NCBI GenBank assembly: GCA_017649895.1
Contig: JAGCFW010000016.1
Coordinates: 1-64,000 of the forward strand
Direction of reading: 5' to 3'
Origin: Alphaproteobacteria bacterium
Lineage (GTDB): Bacteria; Pseudomonadota; Alphaproteobacteria; UBA3830
DNA: 64,000 nucleotides
Shown: positions 1-8,836 of the stretch, piece by piece
Position numbering within the stretch: the first letter of the stretch is position 1
Layout of the letters: every line of letters begins with the position of its first letter
Made by a program: the position numbers and the translations under genes
Notes under the pieces: generated by a model
The model's input: the letters and a program-made list of their open reading frames with translations, nothing else
What the model was told of the DNA's origin: nothing
Database searches by the model: none

Positions 1-425
1 AGTATTTTGTGGTGTAGAGGCTACTTGAGCAACTGCTGCATTAGCAGGGATACTTTCTGTAGCTGATTGCCCAACACCCTGCTGAGCTGGCGTTGACTGA
101 GAATTTGTCGCGTTATTAGTATTATTTTCTGTTCCCGTCTGACCAACACTCTGTTGTTGCGTCAAAGCCCCTTGAGAAGTCGCGTTATTAGAACTATTTC
201 CCGTTTCTATCTGAGTAGTATTTTGTGGTTGTCCCGAAACTCCCGGAGTAGTTGTTGCATCAGAATTACTTATGTCTGTTGTTTGTATAGTATTTTGTGG
301 TGTAGAGGCTACTTGAACAACTGCTGCATTAGCAGGGATACTTTCTGTAGCTGATTGCCCAACACTCTGCTGAGCTGGCGTTGGCTGAGAATTTGTCGCG
401 TTATTAGTATTATTTTCTGTTCCCG
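1..425. repeat. Direct tandem repeat with a 288-bp period. Copies at about 1-135 and 289-425 are nearly identical, and the spacer at 136-288 is only partly related.
   Basis: agtattttgtggtgtagaggctacttga[g/a]caactgctgcattagcagggatactttctgtagctgattgcccaaca... recurs at positions 1 and 289. The repeat is in-frame, coding 96 aa of the partial minus-strand gene. Confidence 0.8.
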
Positions 426-1263
426 ATTGCTGCCCAGTATTTTGTTGCGCGGAGACAATCTGGGAATCGAAAGAATCATTTTTCTCTTCCTCATCGTCTC
501 GAATTTTTCCCAATCTTCGATTCTCCGGAGTATTGGCAGATTCTAAATTTTGGAGTCCCGGATTTCCTTCAATCTGTCCCAACACTACCGGATTAAACGT
601 GTCACTCATCTCTTTTAAAATATTTTTCAAATTGTTAATTCTATTTGAAAATTTTTTCAAAGCTCCGGTAAATGCCGCGAATGTCCTCTCCTTTTCACAT
701 ATGAGTATAATTTCGCTGAGCCTTTTCATATTAACTTCGTTCAGATCATCATTTATACCAGACAACGATACCATACCATTAGACGAGCCTTTATTTTCCT
801 TCGTTTGATATTGCAATTCAGAACATATAACATCCTTCACAGTTATCAATTCACCTAAACAAGCTATAGCTCTTTCCAATTTATTAGCCACATTTTTGGC
901 GTCTTCATCTCCACTTCCTTTCAGGAATATATTAAAATTCTCCATATTGCGTTGCAAAACTCGAATATCCTCTGAAGGAACCTCATCTACAATTTTTTTC
1001 AAATCATCTGACGCAGATCTTCCTATTAGTATACCCGCAAGAAAGCTTTTGACACTTTCTGGTCCTACATTGGTCATGGCCTGTACATTCATATTTCCTA
1101 TATTATTGCGCCTATTCTGTGAATTTGAAACTGTTGATCCCTGCCAACTCGTTCTCCTTCCAATATTACTCGTGTTGTAGCGGCGGGGCAGATCCCCCCA
1201 TACCTCATCGATACAAATACTGATGCTCAGCAGTGAAATTCCTACAAAAATTGTCTTTTTCAT
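1..1263 (-). CDS. Secreted repetitive protein, partial (3' end beyond the window edge). It has an N-terminal signal peptide, then an about 200-aa non-repetitive region, then a T/Q/N/S-rich tail built from 96-aa tandem repeats.
   Basis: Hand translation of the minus strand from ATG 1263..1261 gives MKKTIFVGISLLSISICIDEVWGDLPRRYNTSNIGRRTSWQGSTV... The frame stays open to position 1. The six-frame track omits it because the stop lies outside the window. The start sits 2 nt after the TAG stop of the upstream methyltransferase gene. Confidence 0.6.
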   Translation of the reverse strand, partial: MKKTIFVGISLLSISICIDEVWGDLPRRYNTSNIGRRTSWQGSTVSNSQNRRNNIGNMNVQAMTNVGPESVKSFLAGILIGRSASDDLKKIVDEVPSEDIRVLQRNMENFNIFLKGSGDEDAKNVANKLERAIACLGELITVKDVICSELQYQTKENKGSSNGMVSLSGINDDLNEVNMKRLSEIILICEKERTFAAFTGALKKFSNRINNLKNILKEMSDTFNPVVLGQIEGNPGLQNLESANTPENRRLGKIRDDEEEKNDSFDSQIVSAQQNTGQQSGTENNTNNATNSQPTPAQQSVGQSATESIPANAAVVQVASTPQNTIQTTDISNSDATTTPGVSGQPQNTTQIETGNSSNNATSQGALTQQQSVGQTGTENNTNNATNSQSTPAQQGVGQSATESIPANAAVAQVASTPQNT

Positions 1264-1265
1264 AG

Positions 1266-2249
1266 CTATTTATCTTTCCTCATTAACACCACAAACTCTT
1301 TTTTATCGATCATCTCATCAATCGATACCTCACTTATTGATTCTGCCGAAACTACCTCATAGAACTTCAACCCGTGCTTAGCCAATAAAGTTAAGTCGCC
1401 TCGAACATCAATTGATTTGTCAACTCTATCCATATCCAAATGAGCCAATATCTTGATATTGTCCGACTCATCAATAATCTTATCGGCTCCTTTCAAAACC
1501 GCGAATGCCGCGTTTGGAACACCAATTAAAATCAAAGAAACGCCCTTGTCTTTAAGCATTTCATTCAATGTCTCACATTCCACATTAACTGTTTTGGTTA
1601 TCGCTTGATCCCCTTCTTTTCTGTCTCGGAATAATGCAACGATATCCTCTATAACACCTCGTCCTGGACGATCTGAAGCAGCTTTTTCGACCACTTCAAC
1701 AGTTTCCGCTAAATCATTTAATATTATGTTTTTGTATAAGCACTTTGCCACATTCGGATTCGCTTCGATCGCAACATACTTTCCGTTTGTCTTCAAGATC
1801 TGTCCGAGCATTATGCAGTTATATCCATAGTGAGCTCCAACTTCAGCCACAGACTCCCCTGCCATACAGAGATTCAAAGCGGCATCATCAAACAATGATG
1901 TTACGGAATCTTTATGACTCAACTCTTCTCTAACTCGCGGATCGTGTTTGTTAATCATAATAGGAAATTTATCGTCTATGGAGGTTATAATGCGATCATC
2001 TGACAGAAATATCTCTCCTTTTAACATGGGAATAAATTTGGAAAAGAATTTATTTTTTTCCGCTAAAATGGCTCCAAAAAATACAACTGCGTATAAAATT
2101 ATACAAAACAAAACAAATTTATTGTTCAGCAAGCCTCCGGCTAATGATGGACGTGTAGGGTAATTGTTTGCCTCTATCCTTGGCTCTTCTTTGACGAAAA
2201 CGCGCCGTACCGAGTAATCATTTGAGAAATTATCCAACATTTCCTCCAT
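1266..2249 (-). CDS. FkbM-family SAM-dependent methyltransferase with an N-terminal transmembrane anchor
   Basis: 327-aa ORF with a hydrophobic segment FVLFCIILYAVVFFGAILA and a methyltransferase motif-I-like VAEVGAHYGYNCIMLG. Transcribed divergently from vgrG. Confidence 0.55.
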   Translation of the reverse strand: MEEMLDNFSNDYSVRRVFVKEEPRIEANNYPTRPSLAGGLLNNKFVLFCIILYAVVFFGAILAEKNKFFSKFIPMLKGEIFLSDDRIITSIDDKFPIMINKHDPRVREELSHKDSVTSLFDDAALNLCMAGESVAEVGAHYGYNCIMLGQILKTNGKYVAIEANPNVAKCLYKNIILNDLAETVEVVEKAASDRPGRGVIEDIVALFRDRKEGDQAITKTVNVECETLNEMLKDKGVSLILIGVPNAAFAVLKGADKIIDESDNIKILAHLDMDRVDKSIDVRGDLTLLAKHGLKFYEVVSAESISEVSIDEMIDKKEFVVLMRKDK

Positions 2250-2366
2250 AAATTCCTCTGAATTATAACCAGAAGAAGGTTACAAAAAAGTAAATAATAT
2301 TGAATTTTGTTAAAATTGATTGATATTTTTAATTAATTTTATGCTATTATATCAAAGAAGGAGGAC

Positions 2367-4553
2367 GTGGTGGATTTTCTGCTATCTCAAAAAGATTTGG
2401 TTGTTGAGTTGTCCATATCCGAGCTAAAAGATGATGTAATCGTCAACAGCATCAGAGGCTCGGAAGCTATATCCGAGTTGTTTGAATTTTACGTAAATTT
2501 TTCTTCTGCAAATAGAGAGATCAACGCTGAAAAAATCCTTGGATCAAATGTTACCCTCCACTTTAAATCAGAAAAACACGAAAGATTCATTAACGGAATA
2601 ATAACCCAGTTTTCACAAGGTAGAACTTCTCTAGAAAAAGATATCTATCATACTGAATATTTTTTTACGATGCGTCCGAAATTATGGCTTCTGTCCTTGG
2701 ACAGTAACTGCCAAATATTTCAAAAAAAATCTACGATGGAAATAATAAAGAATGTACTTAATGAATACAAAATAGACGTCACAGAATCAAAGTGCGGAAA
2801 TAACAGCCGTACCTACTGCGTACAGTATAACGAAAGTTCTTTTAATTTCATTTCTCGACTCATGGAGGATGAAGGAATTTTTTATTATTTCAAACATGAA
2901 AAGAACAAGCATACCCTCATAATCAGAGATAGTATGGACACGAATCAAAAACTTAAAGAAAAAGCCGGATTCATCAAAAGTAATCAGGAAATTTGTCCTC
3001 TCGGAAAGGTTTTTAATACAAGCAAAAATACTTTTATGAATGTCGGTGGATATTCCGCGGCAGATTACAATTATGAAAATTCCAATACGAAATTATTCAA
3101 TAAGTTAAACACAAAATGGAAGGGACAAACTCTTTTCTATGAATATCCGGGAGGATTTTCTCAGGCCAAAGATGGTGAAAAACTATCGAAGCTCAGAATT
3201 CAAGAAATTGAATGCAAACACATGATGTTGCAGGGAGATTCCACCATCCCGGATTTTTCTCCAGGAACAACATTTGAGCTCGCAGACCACAATGCCAAAA
3301 GTTTCAATGATTCTTATATCCTATATAAAGTAGAACACATATTCGACCGAACAGAAAAAAATGGATTTGTTTACCGAAACAGATTTTGGGCTTTACCAAA
3401 AGGTACTGAGTTCAGACCTCCCAGAAAAACACATAAACCAAAAATCTACGGAAATCAAACAGCGGTGGTAGTCTGTCCTTCCAAACAAGAGATATATCGT
3501 GATAAATATTGCTGCATCAAGGTTCATTTTCACTGGGATCAGAAAGGAAAATCGAAGGATACGAACGACAGCTCTTGTTGGATCAGAGTCGCTCAATTAA
3601 TGGCCGGAAGTAATTGGGGAGCAGTTTATGTCCCCAGGGTCGGGCAAGAAGTTGTTGTTTCATTTTTGGAAGGAGACCCGGACAAACCCCTAGTTGTTGG
3701 ATGTGTTTACAACGATCAATTCAAGCCTCCTTATTCTGAATCCCAAGACAAAATATCCACAATGAAGACTGTAACCTTTACTGACGACAAGGGATTTAAC
3801 GAAATCCGATTTAACGATGAAAAGGAAAAGGAGGAAATTTTCATTCATGCTCAAAAAGATATGAAAACGGACATAGTCAACTCGCGAGAAACTAAAATCG
3901 AGGAAGATAACGATAAGTTAGATATCCTAAAGGGTTCTCGTTCCGTCAAATTACACGCAAAAGATAATAAGAAAAAAGCAGACTATTCGCTGGAATTGGT
4001 AAAAGGTAATCGATCAATACTGCTGCAAGAAGGAAATTCTTCTTTCGTTATAAAAAAAGGGAACAGCTCCGTCGAGCTTCAAAAAGGGAACCAAACCGTC
4101 GAGATCGATGGAGATTGTACCATTAAAATTTCAGGTAATTTAAAAATCGAAGCCGATAAAAATATTTCAATAGAAGCAGGAAAAGAAATTTCTATAAAAT
4201 CCGGAACATCAATAAAGGCAGAGGCTGAACGGAATATTACAATTAAAGCTGATGCTTCGGCAACTTTCAAAGCTACCCGAAATTTCTCTTGTGAATCCGG
4301 AGCCTCCATGAAAATTAAGTCTTCTCTTAGTACGGACTTAAAAGCTGGCGCAAGCATGAATATAAGCGCTGGTGCAAGTATGAATATAAAATCTAACACA
4401 TTCATGAATATAAAATGTACGGGAATCCTCAATGCTGAAGGTACAGGAGCGGCAAACTTAACAGGTGCCGCAGTTCAGATAAACGGAAAAGGTATGTCCA
4501 GTTTCCGCGCACCAATGTTAACCATCGGAGGAGGGATGATTTCATTTGGATAA
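2367..4553 (+). CDS. vgrG: Type VI secretion spike protein VgrG (TssI)
   Basis: 728 aa. The N-terminus is typical VgrG (RGSEAISELFEFYVNF). The C-terminus has a gp5-like beta-helix repeat (GASMNISAGASMNIKS...) with no extension domain. AAGGAGG RBS at 2357; the GTG at 2370 has better spacing than the GTG at 2367. Confidence 0.9.
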   Translation: MVDFLLSQKDLVVELSISELKDDVIVNSIRGSEAISELFEFYVNFSSANREINAEKILGSNVTLHFKSEKHERFINGIITQFSQGRTSLEKDIYHTEYFFTMRPKLWLLSLDSNCQIFQKKSTMEIIKNVLNEYKIDVTESKCGNNSRTYCVQYNESSFNFISRLMEDEGIFYYFKHEKNKHTLIIRDSMDTNQKLKEKAGFIKSNQEICPLGKVFNTSKNTFMNVGGYSAADYNYENSNTKLFNKLNTKWKGQTLFYEYPGGFSQAKDGEKLSKLRIQEIECKHMMLQGDSTIPDFSPGTTFELADHNAKSFNDSYILYKVEHIFDRTEKNGFVYRNRFWALPKGTEFRPPRKTHKPKIYGNQTAVVVCPSKQEIYRDKYCCIKVHFHWDQKGKSKDTNDSSCWIRVAQLMAGSNWGAVYVPRVGQEVVVSFLEGDPDKPLVVGCVYNDQFKPPYSESQDKISTMKTVTFTDDKGFNEIRFNDEKEKEEIFIHAQKDMKTDIVNSRETKIEEDNDKLDILKGSRSVKLHAKDNKKKADYSLELVKGNRSILLQEGNSSFVIKKGNSSVELQKGNQTVEIDGDCTIKISGNLKIEADKNISIEAGKEISIKSGTSIKAEAERNITIKADASATFKATRNFSCESGASMKIKSSLSTDLKAGASMNISAGASMNIKSNTFMNIKCTGILNAEGTGAANLTGAAVQINGKGMSSFRAPMLTIGGGMISFG

Positions 4554-5154
4554 TCTAGAAACAATCGAATCAGATAAGGTAAACGCAGAGAATGAGATCA
4601 AAACAGAAGAAGTTAGATCTCCTGATGGAAAATTAATGAGAACTTATTCGATGAAAGGCTATCAAATGCACGGTCCGATGGTTATTTACGATAATAACGA
4701 ACAAATCGCTCAGAAATTAAACTACGAAGACAATGTCCTATCAGGCCCCGCGGAATTTTATCAAGATGGAGTTCCCTTGATGTATACCCAATTTCAAAAT
4801 GGAACAATAGACGGACCTGCTACTTTATTTAATAAGGGTATAAAATCTGCTGAAACAACATTTAAAAATGGAGTAATTGAAGGCATTTTTGTTTCATTCG
4901 ACGAGGCCGGAAGAATTATTCGTGAAGCAACTTATGTCAAAGGCCAAATGGAAGGCGATTGCTACCTCTATTATCCAGACGGAGTCGTTCAGGAGAAATC
5001 GTGCTACAAAAACAATAAACTCGATGGAACCGTTACGAGATATTATCATTCGGGAGCTATACTCGAGGTTTCGAATTATGAAAACGGTCAACCTATCGGA
5101 TATACAAAAACCTACGATGAAAACGGAAATCTAATTTCGAGCAAGGAGGCATAA
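4546..5154 (+). CDS. MORN-repeat-variant protein, YwqK-antitoxin-family-like
   Basis: 202 aa with repeated G..G....Y..nG......nG.ldG...YY motifs. The start overlaps the vgrG stop (ATGGATAA). Confidence 0.6.
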   Translation: MDNLETIESDKVNAENEIKTEEVRSPDGKLMRTYSMKGYQMHGPMVIYDNNEQIAQKLNYEDNVLSGPAEFYQDGVPLMYTQFQNGTIDGPATLFNKGIKSAETTFKNGVIEGIFVSFDEAGRIIREATYVKGQMEGDCYLYYPDGVVQEKSCYKNNKLDGTVTRYYHSGAILEVSNYENGQPIGYTKTYDENGNLISSKEA

Positions 5155-5537
5155 TGGGATTTTGCTGCAGCATCGGAGCTTTACTCAGTTGTCCAATGGG
5201 ATTAACACCAACTCCGCTAACAGTTATACCAAAAAATCTCTTTGGACCAACCGGTCCGATGGCCACTTGTCTGGACTGTGTTCCATTCTTAAACATCGCT
5301 CCGTTTGGTGTTTGTAAAAGCCTTTTGAATCCATCAACTGCAGCACTTACTGCTGCAGCGTTCGGAGTACTCACTCCTGGGCCATGCATCCCTACCCCTG
5401 CGGGTCCTTGGATCCCGACAAAACCAAACATAGTTGGAATCACCGGGCCTATTTTGGCAGATAGTTCAATACTAATGTGCGCGTTTGGAGGAGTGATTAA
5501 AGTCAACATGCCTGGGCAATATACCATAACGATTTGA
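5154..5537 (+). CDS. DUF4280 PAAR-like protein (putative VgrG tip cap)
   Basis: 127 aa, Cys/Gly/Pro-rich: GALLSCPMG...APFGVCKS...TPGPCIPTPAGPWIP...SSILMCAFGGVIKVNMPGQ matches my recollection of the DUF4280 pattern. TAATG overlap with the upstream gene. Confidence 0.6.
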   Translation: MGFCCSIGALLSCPMGLTPTPLTVIPKNLFGPTGPMATCLDCVPFLNIAPFGVCKSLLNPSTAALTAAAFGVLTPGPCIPTPAGPWIPTKPNIVGITGPILADSSILMCAFGGVIKVNMPGQYTITI

Positions 5538-5538
5538 A

Positions 5539-6015
5539 ATGGAGAAAAATATGGAAGAATGTTTGTTTTGTAAAATCGTTCGAGGAGAAAGCCCCATTTA
5601 CAAAATATGGGAAGACGAAGAACATCTGGCATTTTTATCCATTTATCCAAACACCTTGGGAGCATCGGTCGTAATTCCGAAAAAACATTTCGACAGTTAC
5701 GCCTTTCATCTGCCGGACGCTGAACTCGCAAAACTCACAATAAAATCAGCAATTGTCGGAAGACTTTTGGATGCATCATTCGATGATGTAGGTCGTACCG
5801 CCATCATTTACGAAGGATTTGGAATTAATCATGTGCACGCAAAATTATTTCCATTGCACAAAACAAAAGGCGATTGGAAACCAATTCACACCGACTATAA
5901 TAAGTATTTCGATCACTATGAAGGATATGTTTCGTCCCATGAATATCACGGCCCAAATCCTGATCTCGCGAAACTCGCCGAACATATCCGAGAAGTTGGA
6001 AAAAACTTGAAATAA
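5539..6015 (+). CDS. HIT (histidine triad) family protein with a variant triad H-V-H-A-K
   Basis: 158 aa. N-terminal CLFCKIVRGE...AFLSIYP...VVIPKKH. Triad region GINHVHAKLFP, with the third His replaced by Lys. The start is 1 nt after the DUF4280 stop. Confidence 0.65.
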   Translation: MEKNMEECLFCKIVRGESPIYKIWEDEEHLAFLSIYPNTLGASVVIPKKHFDSYAFHLPDAELAKLTIKSAIVGRLLDASFDDVGRTAIIYEGFGINHVHAKLFPLHKTKGDWKPIHTDYNKYFDHYEGYVSSHEYHGPNPDLAKLAEHIREVGKNLK

Positions 6016-6091
6016 ACTTACTTAAAAAATTTGCGAATATTCAAAATTTCTTGAGCTAACTTTGAATATTCACTTTTTCACAGAAATTATG

Positions 6092-6122
6092 TACAGAAAA
6101 AGCCGCCCGAAAAAGGACGGCT
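6092..6122 (-). terminator. Rho-independent terminator candidate for rpsR
   Basis: Hairpin AGCCGCCC-GAAAAAG-GACGGCT at 6101-6122. A T-run follows on the minus strand (rc of acagaaaaa). There is no T-run on the plus side. Confidence 0.45.
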
Positions 6123-6144
6123 CACTAAATCTAAAACGTTTTTG

Positions 6145-6396
6145 TTAGTCAGAAACGTAAGGCAACAAAGCCAAATATCTCGCTCTTTTGACGGCAAGCG
6201 CCAAGGCTCTCTGCTTTCTGGAAGACACCATAGAAATTCTGCAAGGCATAATCTTCCCTCTTTCAGAAATGAATTTCTGCAGCGTACGCGGATCTTTATA
6301 GTCGATCTTCATTACACCACTTTCAAAAGGACACTTCTTCCTTTTGTAATTTAGATTACTCTTCTTCCACCCCTTATCCTTTTTCTCTTCTCTCAT
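6145..6396 (-). CDS. rpsR: 30S ribosomal protein S18
   Basis: 83 aa: CPF...[24 protein letters not shown]...[19 protein letters not shown]. Confidence 0.9.
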   Translation of the reverse strand: MREEKKDKGWKKSNLNYKRKKCPFESGVMKIDYKDPRTLQKFISERGKIMPCRISMVSSRKQRALALAVKRARYLALLPYVSD

Positions 6397-6400
6397 GATT

Positions 6401-6832
6401 TTACTCCTCTGTCTCAGCTTTTTCTTCGCTGTTTTCTTCTTTGATCATATCGATTTTGCTGTTGGCTGCTCGATATCCGACATCCTTCGTTCCAAGATCG
6501 TCTCCATAAGTTTTAGCCTGAGAAATCAAATTTTCTTTATCTTCGAAAGCATCAACTTTTACGATTAAGTGACGAATAATGTCCTCATTAATCTTCATAC
6601 TACGATTCAACTCGGCAACGATCGCTCCGGTTGCTTTCATTTGAATGATATAATAATGTCCCTTGTGATTTTTCTTGATAGGATATGCTAACTTTCTCAG
6701 CCCACAATACTCGCTACGAACAACCGTTCCGCCGTTCTGAGAAATATACAAACCAAGCCCTACTCCCAACGCTTCAATTTGCTGTTGAGAGAGATCCTGA
6801 CGACCTATAAAAATGTTTTCATATAATGTCAT
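6401..6832 (-). CDS. rpsF: 30S ribosomal protein S6
   Basis: MTLYENIFI...[21 protein letters not shown] resembles S6, with an acidic C-terminal tail. The track ORF extends to 6913, but the internal Met at 6832 fits the S6 N-terminus. Confidence 0.85.
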   Translation of the reverse strand: MTLYENIFIGRQDLSQQQIEALGVGLGLYISQNGGTVVRSEYCGLRKLAYPIKKNHKGHYYIIQMKATGAIVAELNRSMKINEDIIRHLIVKVDAFEDKENLISQAKTYGDDLGTKDVGYRAANSKIDMIKEENSEEKAETEE

Positions 6833-7076
6833 ATTCTTACCACTAATAAACGGGAAAGCACCGTACTCTCCACTGCCACGGTTACTTATACATCTTTTGA
6901 AAAATGATATCAATTAAAAAATACCAAAAATCCGAAAAACTTTTATAAATCATATAGATAGGACTGAATTTTTAGTTTTACTCAATATTTAAATACGTAA
7001 ATTCAGGACAGACTACATCAAAACTTGTAAAAAATTACTGTGTGTTGTACTATTCCGTTGAATTTATGGAGATTTT

Positions 7077-7295
7077 ATGGCTAAAGAAGATTTGATCGAG
7101 TTTACAGGAGAGGTCATCGAGGTGTTGCCTAACGTCATGTTCAGAGTCCGACTAGAGAACGGGCATGTTATATTGGCTCATACTTCCGGAAGAATGAAAA
7201 AAAACAGAATTCGTGTTTTGGTCGGGGATAAAGTAAACGTCGAGATGACAACATATGATTTCACCAAAGGTCGCATAACTTTCAGATCAAAATAA
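7077..7295 (+). CDS. infA: Translation initiation factor IF-1
   Basis: 72 aa: [53 protein letters not shown]. Confidence 0.9.
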   Translation: MAKEDLIEFTGEVIEVLPNVMFRVRLENGHVILAHTSGRMKKNRIRVLVGDKVNVEMTTYDFTKGRITFRSK

Positions 7296-7350
7296 ACAAT
7301 ATCTTAACTATTTGTTGGCATAATCAAAATAACTATAGAAGGAATATGAT

Positions 7351-7848
7351 ATGTCAATAACGTTGGGTAAGAGGTCTTTTGAAGCCGCCAGCAAGTATAT
7401 GTTGAGAGGATTTACGGTGTCGTATAATTCTCTGTCGATGTCTGGTACACTGAGAAATATGGGATTAGTTAATTGTGCCGATTGGTGTCTCCAAAAGTCG
7501 GAGACTTATCGTTCGGGAGCTATGAAAATTTTCCATCACTTGGAGAGCAGAGGTATCAAGTTCAAATTGGCGCCGATTCCCGTTTCTCGACAAGATTGGA
7601 GAGCACCTCTTCATATTTTTGAGGAAGTATATCGTCAAGAACAGGAACTATCCGATTTGATATCCGTTGTCTACGAATCTGCGATTGCCGATAAGGATTA
7701 CATAATGCAACAATTCGCAATGGATTTCTTTGATGATCACCTAAAATCTGAATCGAAGGCGCTGAATCTGCTGAACAGACTTCGTAAAATGCAATCGTCC
7801 GATCTCGGAGTGTTTGAATTTGACGCAGAATTGAGGTCAATTCTGTAA
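7351..7848 (+). CDS. Ferritin-like protein (Ftn family)
   Basis: 165 aa. The C-terminal half aligns by eye to bacterial ferritin (LHIFEEVYRQEQELSDLISVVYESAIADKDYIMQQFAMDFF versus the ferritin consensus). The N-terminal ferroxidase ligands look substituted. Confidence 0.5.
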   Translation: MSITLGKRSFEAASKYMLRGFTVSYNSLSMSGTLRNMGLVNCADWCLQKSETYRSGAMKIFHHLESRGIKFKLAPIPVSRQDWRAPLHIFEEVYRQEQELSDLISVVYESAIADKDYIMQQFAMDFFDDHLKSESKALNLLNRLRKMQSSDLGVFEFDAELRSIL

Positions 7849-7877
7849 AAAGCCCAAAGAAAAAAGTCCGACATCTA

Positions 7878-8630
7878 TTATAAGGATTTACTTAGTAGCG
7901 CCCTTCTCTGCGCGTATGCTCTAGCCCTCTCCAAATCTTCATAAGTATCAATGCTTATCGGAGAATCTTTGTCTATAACCGTAATTCCTATAGTCATACC
8001 ATTCTCCAATGCCCGCAGTTGCTCAAGCTTTTCCGTTTTCTCAAGCAAACTTTGTTGAAGATTAACAAACCGCGTCAATGACTCTGCACGAAAACAATAA
8101 ATTCCCACATGATTATAATAAGGACCATCGTAAGGAACCGCAGATCTGCTGAAATAGAGTGCTTTTCCACTATTAGAACCCGTGAACGAAATAACTGGTT
8201 TTACCGTGCTGGAACATTTGTAAGATTCATCCTTAATCGGAGTAGCAAGAGTAGAAATATCGCAACTCGATCCTTTCACGATCTCCGCCGCCTTTTCAAT
8301 AAATTCGGCATCTACAAAAGGAAGATCTCCCTGGACATTAATTATGTAATTGTACCTTTTCTCACTATCAAATTTTTGCCATGCCTCAAAAACCCGATCT
8401 GTACCGGACGGAAGCTCGGGATCTGTCAGAACAGCTGTTCCACCCACACTTTCGATAACATCTCTAACCTTTGGATCATCACACGCAACGATAACATCAC
8501 CAACCTGCGACGATACCGCACACTCGTACGCCCGAACAATTAAAGGCTTACCGTTTATATCAGCCAAAACCTTTCCCGGCAGTCGAGTCGACGAAATACG
8601 AGCCGGTATGACCACCAAAGTATCCATCAT
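7878..8630 (-). CDS. kdsB: 3-deoxy-manno-octulosonate cytidylyltransferase (CMP-KDO synthetase)
   Basis: MMDTLVVIPARISSTRLPGKVLADINGKPLIVR... The track ORF starts 11 codons upstream at 8663. Confidence 0.85.
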   Translation of the reverse strand: MMDTLVVIPARISSTRLPGKVLADINGKPLIVRAYECAVSSQVGDVIVACDDPKVRDVIESVGGTAVLTDPELPSGTDRVFEAWQKFDSEKRYNYIINVQGDLPFVDAEFIEKAAEIVKGSSCDISTLATPIKDESYKCSSTVKPVISFTGSNSGKALYFSRSAVPYDGPYYNHVGIYCFRAESLTRFVNLQQSLLEKTEKLEQLRALENGMTIGITVIDKDSPISIDTYEDLERARAYAQRRALLSKSL

Positions 8631-8668
8631 TCCTCCTAAATTTTCACTCAAAACATCGACCAAGTTAC

Positions 8669-8755
8669 TGGTGCGGTCGAGAAGACTTGAACTTCCACGA
8701 AATAATTTTCATAGCGACCTCAACGCTACGCGTCTACCAGTTCCGCCACGACCGC
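8669..8755 (-). tRNA. tRNA-Leu (anticodon GAG), class II with a long variable arm
   Basis: The reverse complement folds as a cloverleaf. Acceptor GCGGTCG/CGACCGC plus ACCA. 3-bp D stem. Anticodon arm TAGCG-TTGAGGT-CGCTA. Variable-arm hairpin GAAAATTATTTC. T-loop TTCAAGT. Confidence 0.8.
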
Positions 8756-8836
8756 ACAACCAATGTCTTTATAGTCCAATACAGAAACTTTTTCAAGAAT
8801 AATCGGACCAAAAACCAGTGCGTTGCCTACAGTTTA

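Noticed and set aside
1-425. Possible CRISPR array suggested by the direct repeats
   Set aside because: The unit is 288 bp with only two copies, it sits inside an open reading frame, and no short unique spacers are present. It is a coding tandem repeat.
5093-5731. 212-aa ORF on the minus strand covering the DUF4280 and HIT genes
   Set aside because: Antisense to two well-supported, translationally coupled genes. Likely an artefact of the locally GC-richer, Gly/Pro/Ala codon content. No RBS or recognisable motifs.
6101-6122. Hairpin as a terminator for the plus-strand HIT gene
   Set aside because: No T-run follows on the plus strand. The T-run lies on the minus-strand side, so it is assigned to rpsR only.
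8631-8663. 11-codon N-terminal extension of kdsB
   Set aside because: KdsB proteins start right at the M..VVIPAR motif. The internal Met fits. The same logic applies to the rpsF track start at 6913 versus 6832.
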